62,291 nt of DNA from a virus (lineage: Duplodnaviria; Caudoviricetes): positions 1 through 62,291 of IMG/VR virus record IMGVR_UViG_3300036823_000041, one strand, 5' to 3'. Below the pieces are notes generated by a model, which had not been told where the DNA came from, searched no databases, and saw only the letters and a list, made by a program, of their open reading frames with translations. The position numbers were made by a program, and so were the translations under genes. Positions 8,301-16,631 of the stretch are shown here, piece after piece (position 1 is the stretch's first letter; each line of letters starts with the position of its first letter).

Positions 8301-11300
8301 GCTCGATTGGCGAGCTGCACTCGTCGCAGATCCACCTGGCGCCGAAAGACTTCCAGTACAAAGTCTCAAACATTGGCGCCGAGGGCGTCTCGTCCTTACT
8401 CGAGGGCTCGGAGTGGAACCCGGATCTGTCGGGCATCGTGAGCGTCTGGCGAGATCCCGAGAACGGCAAGTTCTATGCCGTCAACGGACATCACCGCACC
8501 CAGAGGGCGCGCCAGACCGGCGGCCAGACCCTCGCCGTGCGGCACCTGGTCGCCGAGAACCGGGCCGAGGCGCGGGCAATCGGCGCGCTCCAGAACATCG
8601 CCGAGGGCCGCGGCACCGCGGTCGACGCCGCGAAGTTCCTCCGCGACTCCGGCATCTCGCTCGAGGATCTCGAGAAGAAGGGCATCTCGATGGGCGAGGC
8701 GACGGCGCAGAACGGCGTCGCGCTATCCCGCCTCGAGCAGTCCCTCTTCGATCGCGTGGCAACCGGCAAGCTGTCCGAGCGCAAGGGCATCGCCATCGGC
8801 AGGGCGACCGACAACCCGGCGACGCAGGAGGCGATCGTCAAGATGATCGACAAGGCCGAAGCCCGCGGACGCCATGTCTCAGACGCTACGGTGCAAGAGC
8901 TCGCCAGGTTCGCGGCTTCCGCCGGCGAGAAAGAGCAAACCGTCTCTTCCCTTTTTGGCGACCGAGTGGAGACGCAGAATCTCGCGCTCGAGAAGGCCGA
9001 GGCGTCGGCCTACGTGCAGAAGCAACTGCGGGCCGAGAAAAGCCTCTTCGGCGCCGTGTCGAGCGAAGCCAGGGCGAAGACGCTGGCCCGGACCGGCAAC
9101 AAGATTACGGCCGAGAAAAACGCGAAGGAATCCGAGGCTGCAATGCAGGCGCTTGAGGTGTACGATCGCCTGAGCGCGCGGCGCGGGCCGGTCGATGACC
9201 TGCTCAACCAGGCCGCAAAGGATCTCGCCGATGGCAAGCCAGCCGCCCGTACCAAGTCCGAACTCTACGACGGAATCCGAGCCGCAGTACGCGAATCTCT
9301 CGGCGGTGTCCAAGGAAAGAGTCCTCGGCGAAGCGCACCGAGTGCTGACCGACCATCGAACGTCACCCCGGAAAAAGAAGAAGATGGAGACGGACGACTC
9401 TCTGCCGAAGAACTAGAGGCCGTCGGCCAGAACGGCCTCGCCTTCTCGCTCGAGCGCCCGACCTTCACCCGCGACAACGGACCCGTCAATCCTCCGCTGA
9501 CTCCTGCCGACCCGTTCTATCTCAAGAGCTCCCGCGTGGTAGCGCAGAAGATGCGCGGTCCGATGAAGGGCACCGACCTCATCAAGATGCTCGAAAACGC
9601 CGGCGTCAAGGCGGACGAGCTGAAATGGACTGGCCTGCAGGATCTCGTCGGTGAGGCGAAGGTGACGCCGGACCAGGTCCGCGAGGTGCTGAATCAGGAC
9701 CGCGTTGAGCTGATCGAGGATCTCAAGGGCGACATCCACAAAGACAATCTGCCCGACGGCTGGAAGATTCAGCCGAACGAGGACGGCGACGGCTACGAGG
9801 TGCTCGACAATCGCGGCGTCATGGTCGGCGACGGCCCAGACCGCCAGTCTGCACTCGAGCAGGCGCAGCGACAGAACCGCGCCAAGACGGCTATCAGCGA
9901 CACGTCGAAGTACTCCGGCTATCAGCTCCGCGGCGGCGAGAACTACCGCGAGATGCTGATGCAGATGCCGGCGCAAAAGGCCGAGCCGACGGCGCAAGAG
10001 AAGGCGCTGCTCGCGGACATCGACGCGAAGTACGTCCCCCTGTCTAAGGAATGGACGGCGCTCAACGCCTCGAGCAGCTATGAGAAATACCTCGAGGCGG
10101 GCAGCACGATCGCGCCAGATATGGCCCGCAACCTGGCACGGACGCGCGAGATCGAAGACATTCAGGAACGGCTAATCGCGCAGCAAAAGAGGACCGAGGA
10201 CGCCATAGAGAAGCGAGAGAGCGCGGCGAACTATAAGTCGCCGCACTGGGATGAGCCGAACGTCCTCACCCACATTCGATTCAACGACCGCACCGATGCC
10301 GACGGCCGCAAGCTGCTGCATCTCGAAGAGGTTCAGAGCGACTGGCACCAGAAGGGCCGCGACAAGGGCTACCGCGAGGGAGGCGAGCAACTCGCCCCGC
10401 GACCGACGATTGCGCGCATAGAGAAGAAGGACGGCATCGAATGGATCGCCTACGACGAAGCCGGCAAACTGCTGACTCATGTCGGCGCCGGGACCGAACC
10501 GACCGAAGAAGGCGCCCGCGAGTACATGGCGCGCTATCTCAACCGGCGCGCAGACGAGCGAGATGCAGATATGCGCCAGGAGAACTACGACAAGGTGCCC
10601 GACGCACCATTCAAGAAGACCTGGCACGAGCTGGCGCTGCGCCGCATGCTGCGCTACGCCGCCGAGAACGGATACGACGGCCTGAGCTGGACGCCGGGCG
10701 AGAAGCAGGCCGAGCGGTACGACCTGAGCAAGCAGGTCGGCCAGATCGACTACACCCAGCACAACCGCCTCATCGTTCACGACACCGGCCGGAACGTCAT
10801 CCACAACCAGGTAGTGCCGGAAGAGAAGCTCGAGGACTACATCGGAAAAGAGGCGACGCGCAAGCTGCTCGAGACTGAGCCACGCAATCATTCTGGGCTC
10901 GGCTCGGCTTTCGAGAAGTCGCGGACCTTGACCTCGCCCGACCTGAAGCTCGGCGGCGAAGGGATGAAGGGCTTCTACGACAAGATCATCCCCGACTATC
11001 TCGGCAAGTACGGCAAGCAGTGGGGTGCAAAGGTTGGCGAGACGAAGCTATCCATCCCGCTCGACAAGATGCGCGACAAATATGCGTATGAAGGCCCAGA
11101 GCGCACTCGCCAGGAAGTAGAGGCCGCCGAGGATGATCCTCATTCCCTGGCGATCGTAAACATGCAGTCAAGAGCCGTGGCCGCGCTGATGCGTCGCAAT
11201 CGCTCATTCTCTGAAGCGATGGCCGAAGAGGGCAGCCACACGCTCGCGGAGTATTTCGGCGGCAAGATGGTCGAGCCCGAGGGGACCAAGACGCAGGTCG

Positions 11301-14300
11301 CACCTTACCTGCCCGTCACCGACGCCATGCGCAAGAGCGTGATGGAAGAGGGCCAGCCGCTATTCTCCCGCGCTAAGCTCGACGCCACGCCCGAGCAGCA
11401 GGCGCGCGCGCAGCGGCTCACCACGTCCGACCCGAAGTTCCCGTATCTCGACCGGCCCGGCATCGCCAAGCTCTACCAGAAGAACCTGCGCGGCGTCCTG
11501 CTCGAGGGCGAGTCGGCCACACTGCCCGGCTTTGAACCGCACGTCGAGGAACATGAGAAGTCGGCGGCCGAGGTATCGAGCGGCGCGCTCGAGCAACGCG
11601 GCGTGAAGGACATCTCGCGGGCGACGCGGGAGATCGAGCAGAAGTCGCCACTGTTCGAGGGCTCGGCCGCGAACGACCAGGGCGCTCTCTTTTCTCGCCC
11701 GAAGCCGCCGCAGCCAGGCACCGGCCAGGGCGGCCTCGACTTCAGCAAGGCGGTCGAGGGCTCCGGCTTTAAGGAGATGAGCGAATCGCGCAGGGAAGCC
11801 TTCCAGCACGATCTGCATTTTCGGGCCAGTTCGCAGAGCATCGACCGCAACCTGGCCGGCGCAAAGGTCACAGTCCACCCGCCGGCGCGCGAGGGAGCGG
11901 CGCCGTTGACCGAGATCAACGCCGACGCCTACGTCTCGCTGCGCAAGCTGCTCCCTGAGTTCCGCGAGGTGGAATGGGCCGGCGTCTATATCAACCCGAA
12001 ATCGACGCAGATCCTCTACAAGAAGCTGATGATTTCAGGCTCTCAGCGCGACGGGGCGATGGAGCTATTCAAGCAGCTATCGGCCGGCGAGACGCCGAGC
12101 GGGTCGCTCGTCATCGTCCGCGCGGATGCGACCCTGGCCGCCGCCCGCGAGGAGTTGGCTCATTCCTGGTGGAATGACAACGTTGCGAAGCACGAGGACG
12201 GCGAGAATGCCCTGCTCGAGCATCTCCACAACGCGCCGCAATTCCTGCAAGGGCTCAAGATCCTCGACCGCCAGGGCTATCCGATCGACCGGATGCCGCA
12301 CGGCACCCTGCTAAACGAGATCGTCTCGAAGATGCTGGCCGATGCCGGCGGCTCGTCGATGCCCCTTTCGCCTGCCGACGTCAAGGCGTTCCTGGGCCAG
12401 ATGCTCGACGTCTACGCCAACACTTTCAGCACTGTTACTTTGGAGAAGGCTTTCGACACTCTGCCGGAGATTGCGCCGGAAGCGAAGCGTATCCTTGACG
12501 ACTGGAGAGCACAACATGCCGACAATCAACGGGATGCACTTTCTGCCCGCGGACCCGAAGAAGGACACAGCCTTGCGACTACTCAAGGCGATGGCGCAAG
12601 CGGCACGCGAGGCCCGCCAGCGGGGCAAGACTCCGGTCTTCTTTTCAGCCGCGAAAGGCAGCCCGGCGAATCCCGAGGGCGAGACGAAGTAGCGCGCCAG
12701 CGCGACCTGCCCGACGAGGGCGCAGACGAGGAGATGTCGCCGCTCGACAACTTTGTCGGCGCGCTCACCGACTACATCCGCTCGGATTCCGAGCTCGATA
12801 CCGGCAAGCTGCAACGCGGCATTATGCGCGAGACGCGCGGCCAGATGGACCGCCGCATCGCGCAGACCGCGGTCGCGCTCGACAAGGACCGTATGCGGTG
12901 GGCCGGCCGGTCGCATGATGCTTTCCTGAAATTTGCCGACGCCGTCGAAAAGGTCGGCGGCTCGACGGTTGCAGACCTGGACCCGAAGGACCAGAAGCTC
13001 GCGCAATATTTTCAAGATCAGTACTGGAAGCGTATCGAGACAATCCGCGCGCTCAAGGAAGGCGCGCTCCAGGATCTCATCGAGAACTACATCTCGCACA
13101 ACTGGGAGCGGCCAGGCGTCGCCGAAAAGGCGTTCAAGCAGGTTTTCAGCGGGCGCCGTCCGTTCGCCGGCAGAGGCTCTTTCCTCAAGCAGCGCACCAT
13201 CCCCACCATTCGCGAGGGCATCGAGCTCGGCCTGCGGCCGAAGACCTGGAACCCGGTCGAGGATTTCCTGCACAAGATCCTCGAGATGGACCGCTTCATC
13301 ATGGGGCACCAAACGCTCATGGGCATGAAGCAGGCCGGTACCGCGAAGATGATTCGCGTCGGCGATCGCGCTCCCGACGGATGGCTGCAGCTCGACGACC
13401 GCATCGGCACCGTGCAGTCGAAGTCGGAGGACGGCGGCCTAGTGGTCCGCGGCCACTACTACGCGCCGGCAGATGCGGCGAAGCCGTTCAATAACTTTGT
13501 CTCGCGCGGCATCGCCGGCAGGTCGAACATCTACGACGCGCTGCGGTGGGCCAACAACAACATCAACGCCCTGCAGCTCGGCATCTCCTTCTTCCACGCC
13601 ATGACGACGACGAATAACGCGATCGCGTCGGATGTCGGATTGTCGATCCAGGAGATGTCGAAGGGCCAGGTCATCTCGGGCGCCGGTCGCATGGTGCGCG
13701 CCGTAACGATGGTCCCGTCCGTGGTGCAGACGTTCCGCAACGGCTCGAAGCTGATGGCCGAGTACCTTTCGCCCGGCTCTTATGAGAAGTTCGCGAAGGA
13801 GGCCGACGCGCTCGCTTCCGCCGGCGGTCGCGTCAAGATGGATGTCGTCCAGCCGAAGCCACTACTCCAGATCGTGAGCCATTTCCGCAACGGCGAAGTA
13901 TTCCGCGGCGCCGGCAAATCGCTCGGCTCGATCATCCACGCGACCACTTACCCCGTGCTCGAGTACTGGGTGCCGCGCATGAAGGTCGGCGCGTTCTACG
14001 CCGACGCTCATTCGGTGCTGAAGTACGCCAAAGACAAGAACTGGACTCCCGAGCGAACCAGGATGGAGATGCAAAAGGCCTGGGATTCGGCCGATCATCG
14101 TTTCGGCCAGGTGGTCTACGACAATCTGTTCTGGCATAAGGCTCTGCGCGACGTGCTGCAACTCTCGCAGCGCGCGGTCGGATGGAACTATGGAACGGCA
14201 GCCGGCGTCGGCGGCGCCATCCCAGAGGCGGCCAGGGCCGCAGGGCGCGTGGCTACCGGCGACGTGTCCGAGTTCGGTACCCTCTTCGGCCGCGCGATGT

Positions 14301-15253
14301 CCTTTGTGGTCGGCATGACGGTGGCGACCGGACTCATCGGCGCCCTGCTCGAATATCACTGGAACGGACACGGGCCGCGGTCCTCGAAAGACTTCTTTTA
14401 CCCGCAGCGGGCAGACGGCCAGCGCGTCAACGTCCCCGGCTACATGAAGGACGTCGTCGCGTTCGCGCACGCGCCGGTGCAGACCGTGCTCAATAAGCTG
14501 GCGCCGGTCTTCTCCACCCTCGCCGAGCTCTACCAGAACAAGGATTTCTATCGCGTGGAGATCCGGCACGCCGACGACAACTGGCTGCAGCAATCGGAAG
14601 ACACCGGCAAATTCCTCGCGAAGTCGCTCGAGCCTTTCAGTGTGAGCTCGCAGCAGAAGATGATCCAGAACCAGGGCGCCGGCGTCGACACGGGTGTCGG
14701 CGGGATGTGGCGCGCCGTGCTCACGCATCCCGAGGACGCGGTACTCGGCCAGCTTGGCTTTCAGCCAGCGGCGGCCTATGTCCAGAACACCCCGGCGCAA
14801 AACCTGGCCTACGAGTTTTCTGTCTCCAACTCGCCGCCCGGCACGCGCACCCAGGCGCAATTCGAACGGTCGCAGGTCAAGCAGGCGATCACGGCGATGC
14901 ACCGCGCGGGAAAGGTCGACACGGCGCAGATCAACGAATACATCCGCTCGGGCAAAATCACCCGGCACGACGCCGACCTCGCGGCGAAGAATGCGAAGGT
15001 CGACCCGCTGGTCGGCACCGTCAAGCACGGCGAGCTCACTCTGCCGCAGATGCTCGACGTCTTCGACAAGGGCAATGCGCGGGAGCGCAAGCTGCTCCGT
15101 CCGATCCTCGAGCGCAAGGCTCAAACCTACAGCGAGCCGGACCGGGAGCGCCGGCTCGCGGTCAAGGCGAAGCTGCGTCAGGCGCTCGGACACAATCCGC
15201 CGCCGGTCACCGACTCCGACTCTCTCTGGGAGACGATTTCAACGCACCGCTAA
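5303..15253 (+). CDS. giant polyvalent internal virion/ejection protein (FtsK-gamma-like, GGDEF-like, ParB-like, degenerate zincin, helical C-terminal region)
   Basis: 3316-aa ORF. LLQRQLRVG near aa 475; TGLPNRRAF...DADGLKAFNDRFGYESGDKLL...KGDEF at aa ~787-850; VNGHHR at aa ~1061; a conserved-looking LEEVQSDWHQKGR/PDAPFKK/GMKGFYD block; EELAH at aa ~2283; hydrophobic segment near the C-terminus. Confidence 0.85.
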   Translation: MPDLLDDVASDHAQPDLLDDVASQQQPDQGDAAAAQQMREGPPPTAKGPSIPDPGMREESVGRAVFGPAQGAVDAVKQVPGVGLLGGKKLNDPLTGTIDTEKRGAATFKEGLDLLGPDNFADNSAEGFKRTARGFTKLADGAMTMSSPALAAEMGGNPASIIPIAKGIITGSITGAAAQKITKAAGFSQDYQDLAKTVGFFIPTAAGAMFGATESPVKFGEGTGTVTDYAAPKGATGPGSGRVSTFTGSNPQEFTAGARVGGRTFGIRIPRGRAAAPGAAGPDVLPPPPSPGMAQAASDAKAAAAALNADQAATQAAQRTQAGIPPPEPPKPAGMDQGELRPGTVSDAAKLIQMAPENMRGPMMLEAHGNLTKWLATNGKVIMPDGKIQIIDSPDKAAKVAQDLLNSEVDRHQQAFEQQKADRQKAAEDAAKQQQEGEEATIEQAGQPGGEEEEENPVVARARTILAANANAPQSRQLALLQRQLRVGPGMANQLLRQAQAGKAAAMAGGMVGSSTEPVTPEPNEQVDAQIQSLAKGTVPVVFLPEGSKYKPAIPPGMKAIKVSGADTPGAGTYVYNPTKIQAAAIKEAAKNGTHGDLLGHINDKGAITGMKVPAILQAKTADGTPIQESVVDGANPQEVRDQAAALRERHPDAHIQIRHPEAALNERDHLIARSETGGGDIFDHIAQERGKGESNAVQKQGTARVLSQPGREEGSRSQGSEGVRPGEQGAEKPATARAGEAEVNPVEGGPRKPEPAERRQDTERRRRVAEMSPEEMRQELQTSEKTGLPNRRAFEEAADKGAVGMSDADGLKAFNDRFGYESGDKLLRAKADALREAGVEAYHDKGDEFLYRGETPEKLRAGLDKARDILRDKIIEVRGADGTTKQFKGADFSHGTGKDIAEAERGLKQHKAEREDRGERRRGELRGFNEAGPETGQEREGAAIKKGDAGVRFKDDKGVERAGTVAHTNERVTRLRANDGKEYTVKTAGLKPAADITPGSIGELHSSQIHLAPKDFQYKVSNIGAEGVSSLLEGSEWNPDLSGIVSVWRDPENGKFYAVNGHHRTQRARQTGGQTLAVRHLVAENRAEARAIGALQNIAEGRGTAVDAAKFLRDSGISLEDLEKKGISMGEATAQNGVALSRLEQSLFDRVATGKLSERKGIAIGRATDNPATQEAIVKMIDKAEARGRHVSDATVQELARFAASAGEKEQTVSSLFGDRVETQNLALEKAEASAYVQKQLRAEKSLFGAVSSEARAKTLARTGNKITAEKNAKESEAAMQALEVYDRLSARRGPVDDLLNQAAKDLADGKPAARTKSELYDGIRAAVRESLGGVQGKSPRRSAPSADRPSNVTPEKEEDGDGRLSAEELEAVGQNGLAFSLERPTFTRDNGPVNPPLTPADPFYLKSSRVVAQKMRGPMKGTDLIKMLENAGVKADELKWTGLQDLVGEAKVTPDQVREVLNQDRVELIEDLKGDIHKDNLPDGWKIQPNEDGDGYEVLDNRGVMVGDGPDRQSALEQAQRQNRAKTAISDTSKYSGYQLRGGENYREMLMQMPAQKAEPTAQEKALLADIDAKYVPLSKEWTALNASSSYEKYLEAGSTIAPDMARNLARTREIEDIQERLIAQQKRTEDAIEKRESAANYKSPHWDEPNVLTHIRFNDRTDADGRKLLHLEEVQSDWHQKGRDKGYREGGEQLAPRPTIARIEKKDGIEWIAYDEAGKLLTHVGAGTEPTEEGAREYMARYLNRRADERDADMRQENYDKVPDAPFKKTWHELALRRMLRYAAENGYDGLSWTPGEKQAERYDLSKQVGQIDYTQHNRLIVHDTGRNVIHNQVVPEEKLEDYIGKEATRKLLETEPRNHSGLGSAFEKSRTLTSPDLKLGGEGMKGFYDKIIPDYLGKYGKQWGAKVGETKLSIPLDKMRDKYAYEGPERTRQEVEAAEDDPHSLAIVNMQSRAVAALMRRNRSFSEAMAEEGSHTLAEYFGGKMVEPEGTKTQVAPYLPVTDAMRKSVMEEGQPLFSRAKLDATPEQQARAQRLTTSDPKFPYLDRPGIAKLYQKNLRGVLLEGESATLPGFEPHVEEHEKSAAEVSSGALEQRGVKDISRATREIEQKSPLFEGSAANDQGALFSRPKPPQPGTGQGGLDFSKAVEGSGFKEMSESRREAFQHDLHFRASSQSIDRNLAGAKVTVHPPAREGAAPLTEINADAYVSLRKLLPEFREVEWAGVYINPKSTQILYKKLMISGSQRDGAMELFKQLSAGETPSGSLVIVRADATLAAAREELAHSWWNDNVAKHEDGENALLEHLHNAPQFLQGLKILDRQGYPIDRMPHGTLLNEIVSKMLADAGGSSMPLSPADVKAFLGQMLDVYANTFSTVTLEKAFDTLPEIAPEAKRILDDWRAQHADNQRDALSARGPEEGHSLATTQGDGASGTRGPPAGQDSGLLFSRERQPGESRGRDEVARQRDLPDEGADEEMSPLDNFVGALTDYIRSDSELDTGKLQRGIMRETRGQMDRRIAQTAVALDKDRMRWAGRSHDAFLKFADAVEKVGGSTVADLDPKDQKLAQYFQDQYWKRIETIRALKEGALQDLIENYISHNWERPGVAEKAFKQVFSGRRPFAGRGSFLKQRTIPTIREGIELGLRPKTWNPVEDFLHKILEMDRFIMGHQTLMGMKQAGTAKMIRVGDRAPDGWLQLDDRIGTVQSKSEDGGLVVRGHYYAPADAAKPFNNFVSRGIAGRSNIYDALRWANNNINALQLGISFFHAMTTTNNAIASDVGLSIQEMSKGQVISGAGRMVRAVTMVPSVVQTFRNGSKLMAEYLSPGSYEKFAKEADALASAGGRVKMDVVQPKPLLQIVSHFRNGEVFRGAGKSLGSIIHATTYPVLEYWVPRMKVGAFYADAHSVLKYAKDKNWTPERTRMEMQKAWDSADHRFGQVVYDNLFWHKALRDVLQLSQRAVGWNYGTAAGVGGAIPEAARAAGRVATGDVSEFGTLFGRAMSFVVGMTVATGLIGALLEYHWNGHGPRSSKDFFYPQRADGQRVNVPGYMKDVVAFAHAPVQTVLNKLAPVFSTLAELYQNKDFYRVEIRHADDNWLQQSEDTGKFLAKSLEPFSVSSQQKMIQNQGAGVDTGVGGMWRAVLTHPEDAVLGQLGFQPAAAYVQNTPAQNLAYEFSVSNSPPGTRTQAQFERSQVKQAITAMHRAGKVDTAQINEYIRSGKITRHDADLAAKNAKVDPLVGTVKHGELTLPQMLDVFDKGNARERKLLRPILERKAQTYSEPDRERRLAVKAKLRQALGHNPPPVTDSDSLWETISTHR
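7389..7535 (+). CDS. nested +1-frame small basic protein, 48 aa (MPYKSKAQQGYFHSPAGKKAVGAKVVKEFDQASKGQKNLPQRAPAKRK)
   Basis: SD AAAGGAG 6 nt before ATG. Codons end mostly in G/C in this frame while the host frame turns atypical. From memory it resembles small phage proteins beginning MP(F/Y)KSxAQ. Too short for the supplied ORF track. Confidence 0.7.
   Translation: MPYKSKAQQGYFHSPAGKKAVGAKVVKEFDQASKGQKNLPQRAPAKRK
7947..8201 (+). CDS. nested +1-frame small protein, 84 aa, overlapping the end of the GGDEF-like module
   Basis: TAAGGGGAG just upstream of ATG. Protein-like core SFEDLMRLDPKQVKSVKVLP. Host-frame codons are atypical at about 8040-8200. Confidence 0.45.
   Translation: MAQPNSSRAQTSATAPARTSPKPNAGSSSTKPSEKTAGNGGVGSFEDLMRLDPKQVKSVKVLPSRKATPESDSKTTRESNERAR
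9231..9416 (+). CDS. nested +1-frame small protein, 61 aa, after the ParB-like module
   Basis: AAAGGA 8 nt before ATG. Helical-looking core YANLSAVSKERVLGEAHRVL. Host-frame codons are atypical at about 9270-9420. Confidence 0.5.
   Translation: MASQPPVPSPNSTTESEPQYANLSAVSKERVLGEAHRVLTDHRTSPRKKKKMETDDSLPKN
12516..12692 (+). CDS. nested +1-frame small protein, 58 aa (MPTINGMHFLPADPKKDTALRLLKAMAQAAREARQRGK...), after the zincin-like module
   Basis: GGAG 8 nt before ATG. Amphipathic helix. Host-frame codons are atypical at about 12420-12690. Confidence 0.6.
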   Translation: MPTINGMHFLPADPKKDTALRLLKAMAQAAREARQRGKTPVFFSAAKGSPANPEGETK

Positions 15254-15282
15254 ATGTCGCCGTTGTTGCACAATAAGAGCGG

Positions 15283-15870
15283 ATGGCATCACGGAAGGCA
15301 ACGCGGCAAGCGGTGAGGGTGCCCAGGTCGGGCGAGGCGGCTATCTCCGACCAGGAGATGACCTTCTGCCATTACATGCTCGGCCACGATGCCGCCGGCA
15401 AGCGTTACACCCTGCTGGCATGCGCGGCGATGGCCGGGCTCGATCTCGACCAGGCTGGCGCGGAGCAGCTTTCAAATACCGCCCGCGTCCGCGAGTACTG
15501 TGCCGTCTACGCAAATGAGCTGGCGCGCCAGATGGCATGCCAGGAGTCGCTGCGCCGCGCGGAGTACGAGCTCTCGCCGATGGCGGTCGCGAGCGAACTG
15601 CTCTATCTGCTGAAATTCAGCAAGGACGATCGAGCTCGCGTTGCCGCCGGCGCCAGGCTGCTCGACTGGTTCGGCCCGCTCGACGACCGCCTCAAGAGGG
15701 CCTCGCGCGACGACCTGATGTACCTGGCCGCGCATGGTCGTTTCCCCGAGGAGCGGCTGCAGGCGCCGGCTCCCGAAGTCATGCCGCCGGCAGCGGCGAG
15801 TGCGCCGCACGGCGAGATTCTCGCGCCCATCGGAAAAGAGCAACCCGTCGAGGAGGAGTGGGCGCTATGA
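15283..15870 (+). CDS. terminase small subunit
   Basis: ISDQEMTFCHYM...ACAAMAGL HTH-like start and DRARVAAGARLLD motif. ATGA overlap with the terminase ATPase gene. Confidence 0.65.
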   Translation: MASRKATRQAVRVPRSGEAAISDQEMTFCHYMLGHDAAGKRYTLLACAAMAGLDLDQAGAEQLSNTARVREYCAVYANELARQMACQESLRRAEYELSPMAVASELLYLLKFSKDDRARVAAGARLLDWFGPLDDRLKRASRDDLMYLAAHGRFPEERLQAPAPEVMPPAAASAPHGEILAPIGKEQPVEEEWAL

Positions 15871-16631
15871 GCGGATACGTTTCGCGCCCGAGTCCGGTGC
15901 GGATGAACGTCTTTCTCCAGGCGATGGCGCGCCGGCGCCTGGCTCTCCGCGAACAGGAGCTCGCGATCGCGACCGACCGGCCAGCGGTCGAGGCCGAAGA
16001 GGACGTGCAGCACCAGGAGACGCTGGTGCGTTCCGCGATGGGCTCGGCGCATCATTGGCTGCTCAATCACACCATGACGTTCAACGAGCATTGGGCCGAC
16101 GAGGGTTTCGAGTCTCCCGAGGAGCCCTTTCCCGACTTTGAATACCTGCCGCTCGTGATGCAGTTACTCGAGGCGCAGGAGAAAGTCGTCTGCCTTGAAA
16201 AGTCGCGCGACCTGATGGCGAGCTGGATGTGCGTCGGCTACTTCACCTTCATGGCGCAGAAGCGGCCGCGCACGCAATGCGTCTTTCAGTCGCAGCAGAA
16301 GGAAAAGGCGTTCCAGCTCATCGACTACGCCAAGCAGCTATGGCGATCGCAGCCGAAATTTCTCCGCGATGCTTACCCGCTGACCAAGGACGTCGATGCC
16401 TTCTCTGAATCCGAGATGATTTACGCGCACGGCTCTCAGCTCTTTGCCATACCGGGCGGCAAGGACGGGCTACGCTCGTACCATCCCTGGGGATACATGA
16501 GCGACGAGGCTGGCTTCCAGCCGGAGGCCGGCGGCGCCTACGCGACGGCCCTGGCCGGCTGCAATAAGATCATTCTCAACTCGACGGCGAACGCATCCTG
16601 GTACGCCGATTTCCGAAATGACGCCTACTAG
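15867..16631 (+). CDS. terminase large subunit, ATPase part
   Basis: GAGGAGG SD. VCLEKSRDLMASW (Walker A-like), YMSDEAGF (Walker B) and ILNSTAN (coupling motif). Confidence 0.8.
   Translation: MSGYVSRPSPVRMNVFLQAMARRRLALREQELAIATDRPAVEAEEDVQHQETLVRSAMGSAHHWLLNHTMTFNEHWADEGFESPEEPFPDFEYLPLVMQLLEAQEKVVCLEKSRDLMASWMCVGYFTFMAQKRPRTQCVFQSQQKEKAFQLIDYAKQLWRSQPKFLRDAYPLTKDVDAFSESEMIYAHGSQLFAIPGGKDGLRSYHPWGYMSDEAGFQPEAGGAYATALAGCNKIILNSTANASWYADFRNDAY

Noticed and set aside
11040-11240. Fifth nested gene in another atypical-codon patch of the giant ORF
   Set aside because: The +1 frame gives only a 12-codon ORF (from 11082) without a clear SD. More likely a recently acquired in-frame insertion.
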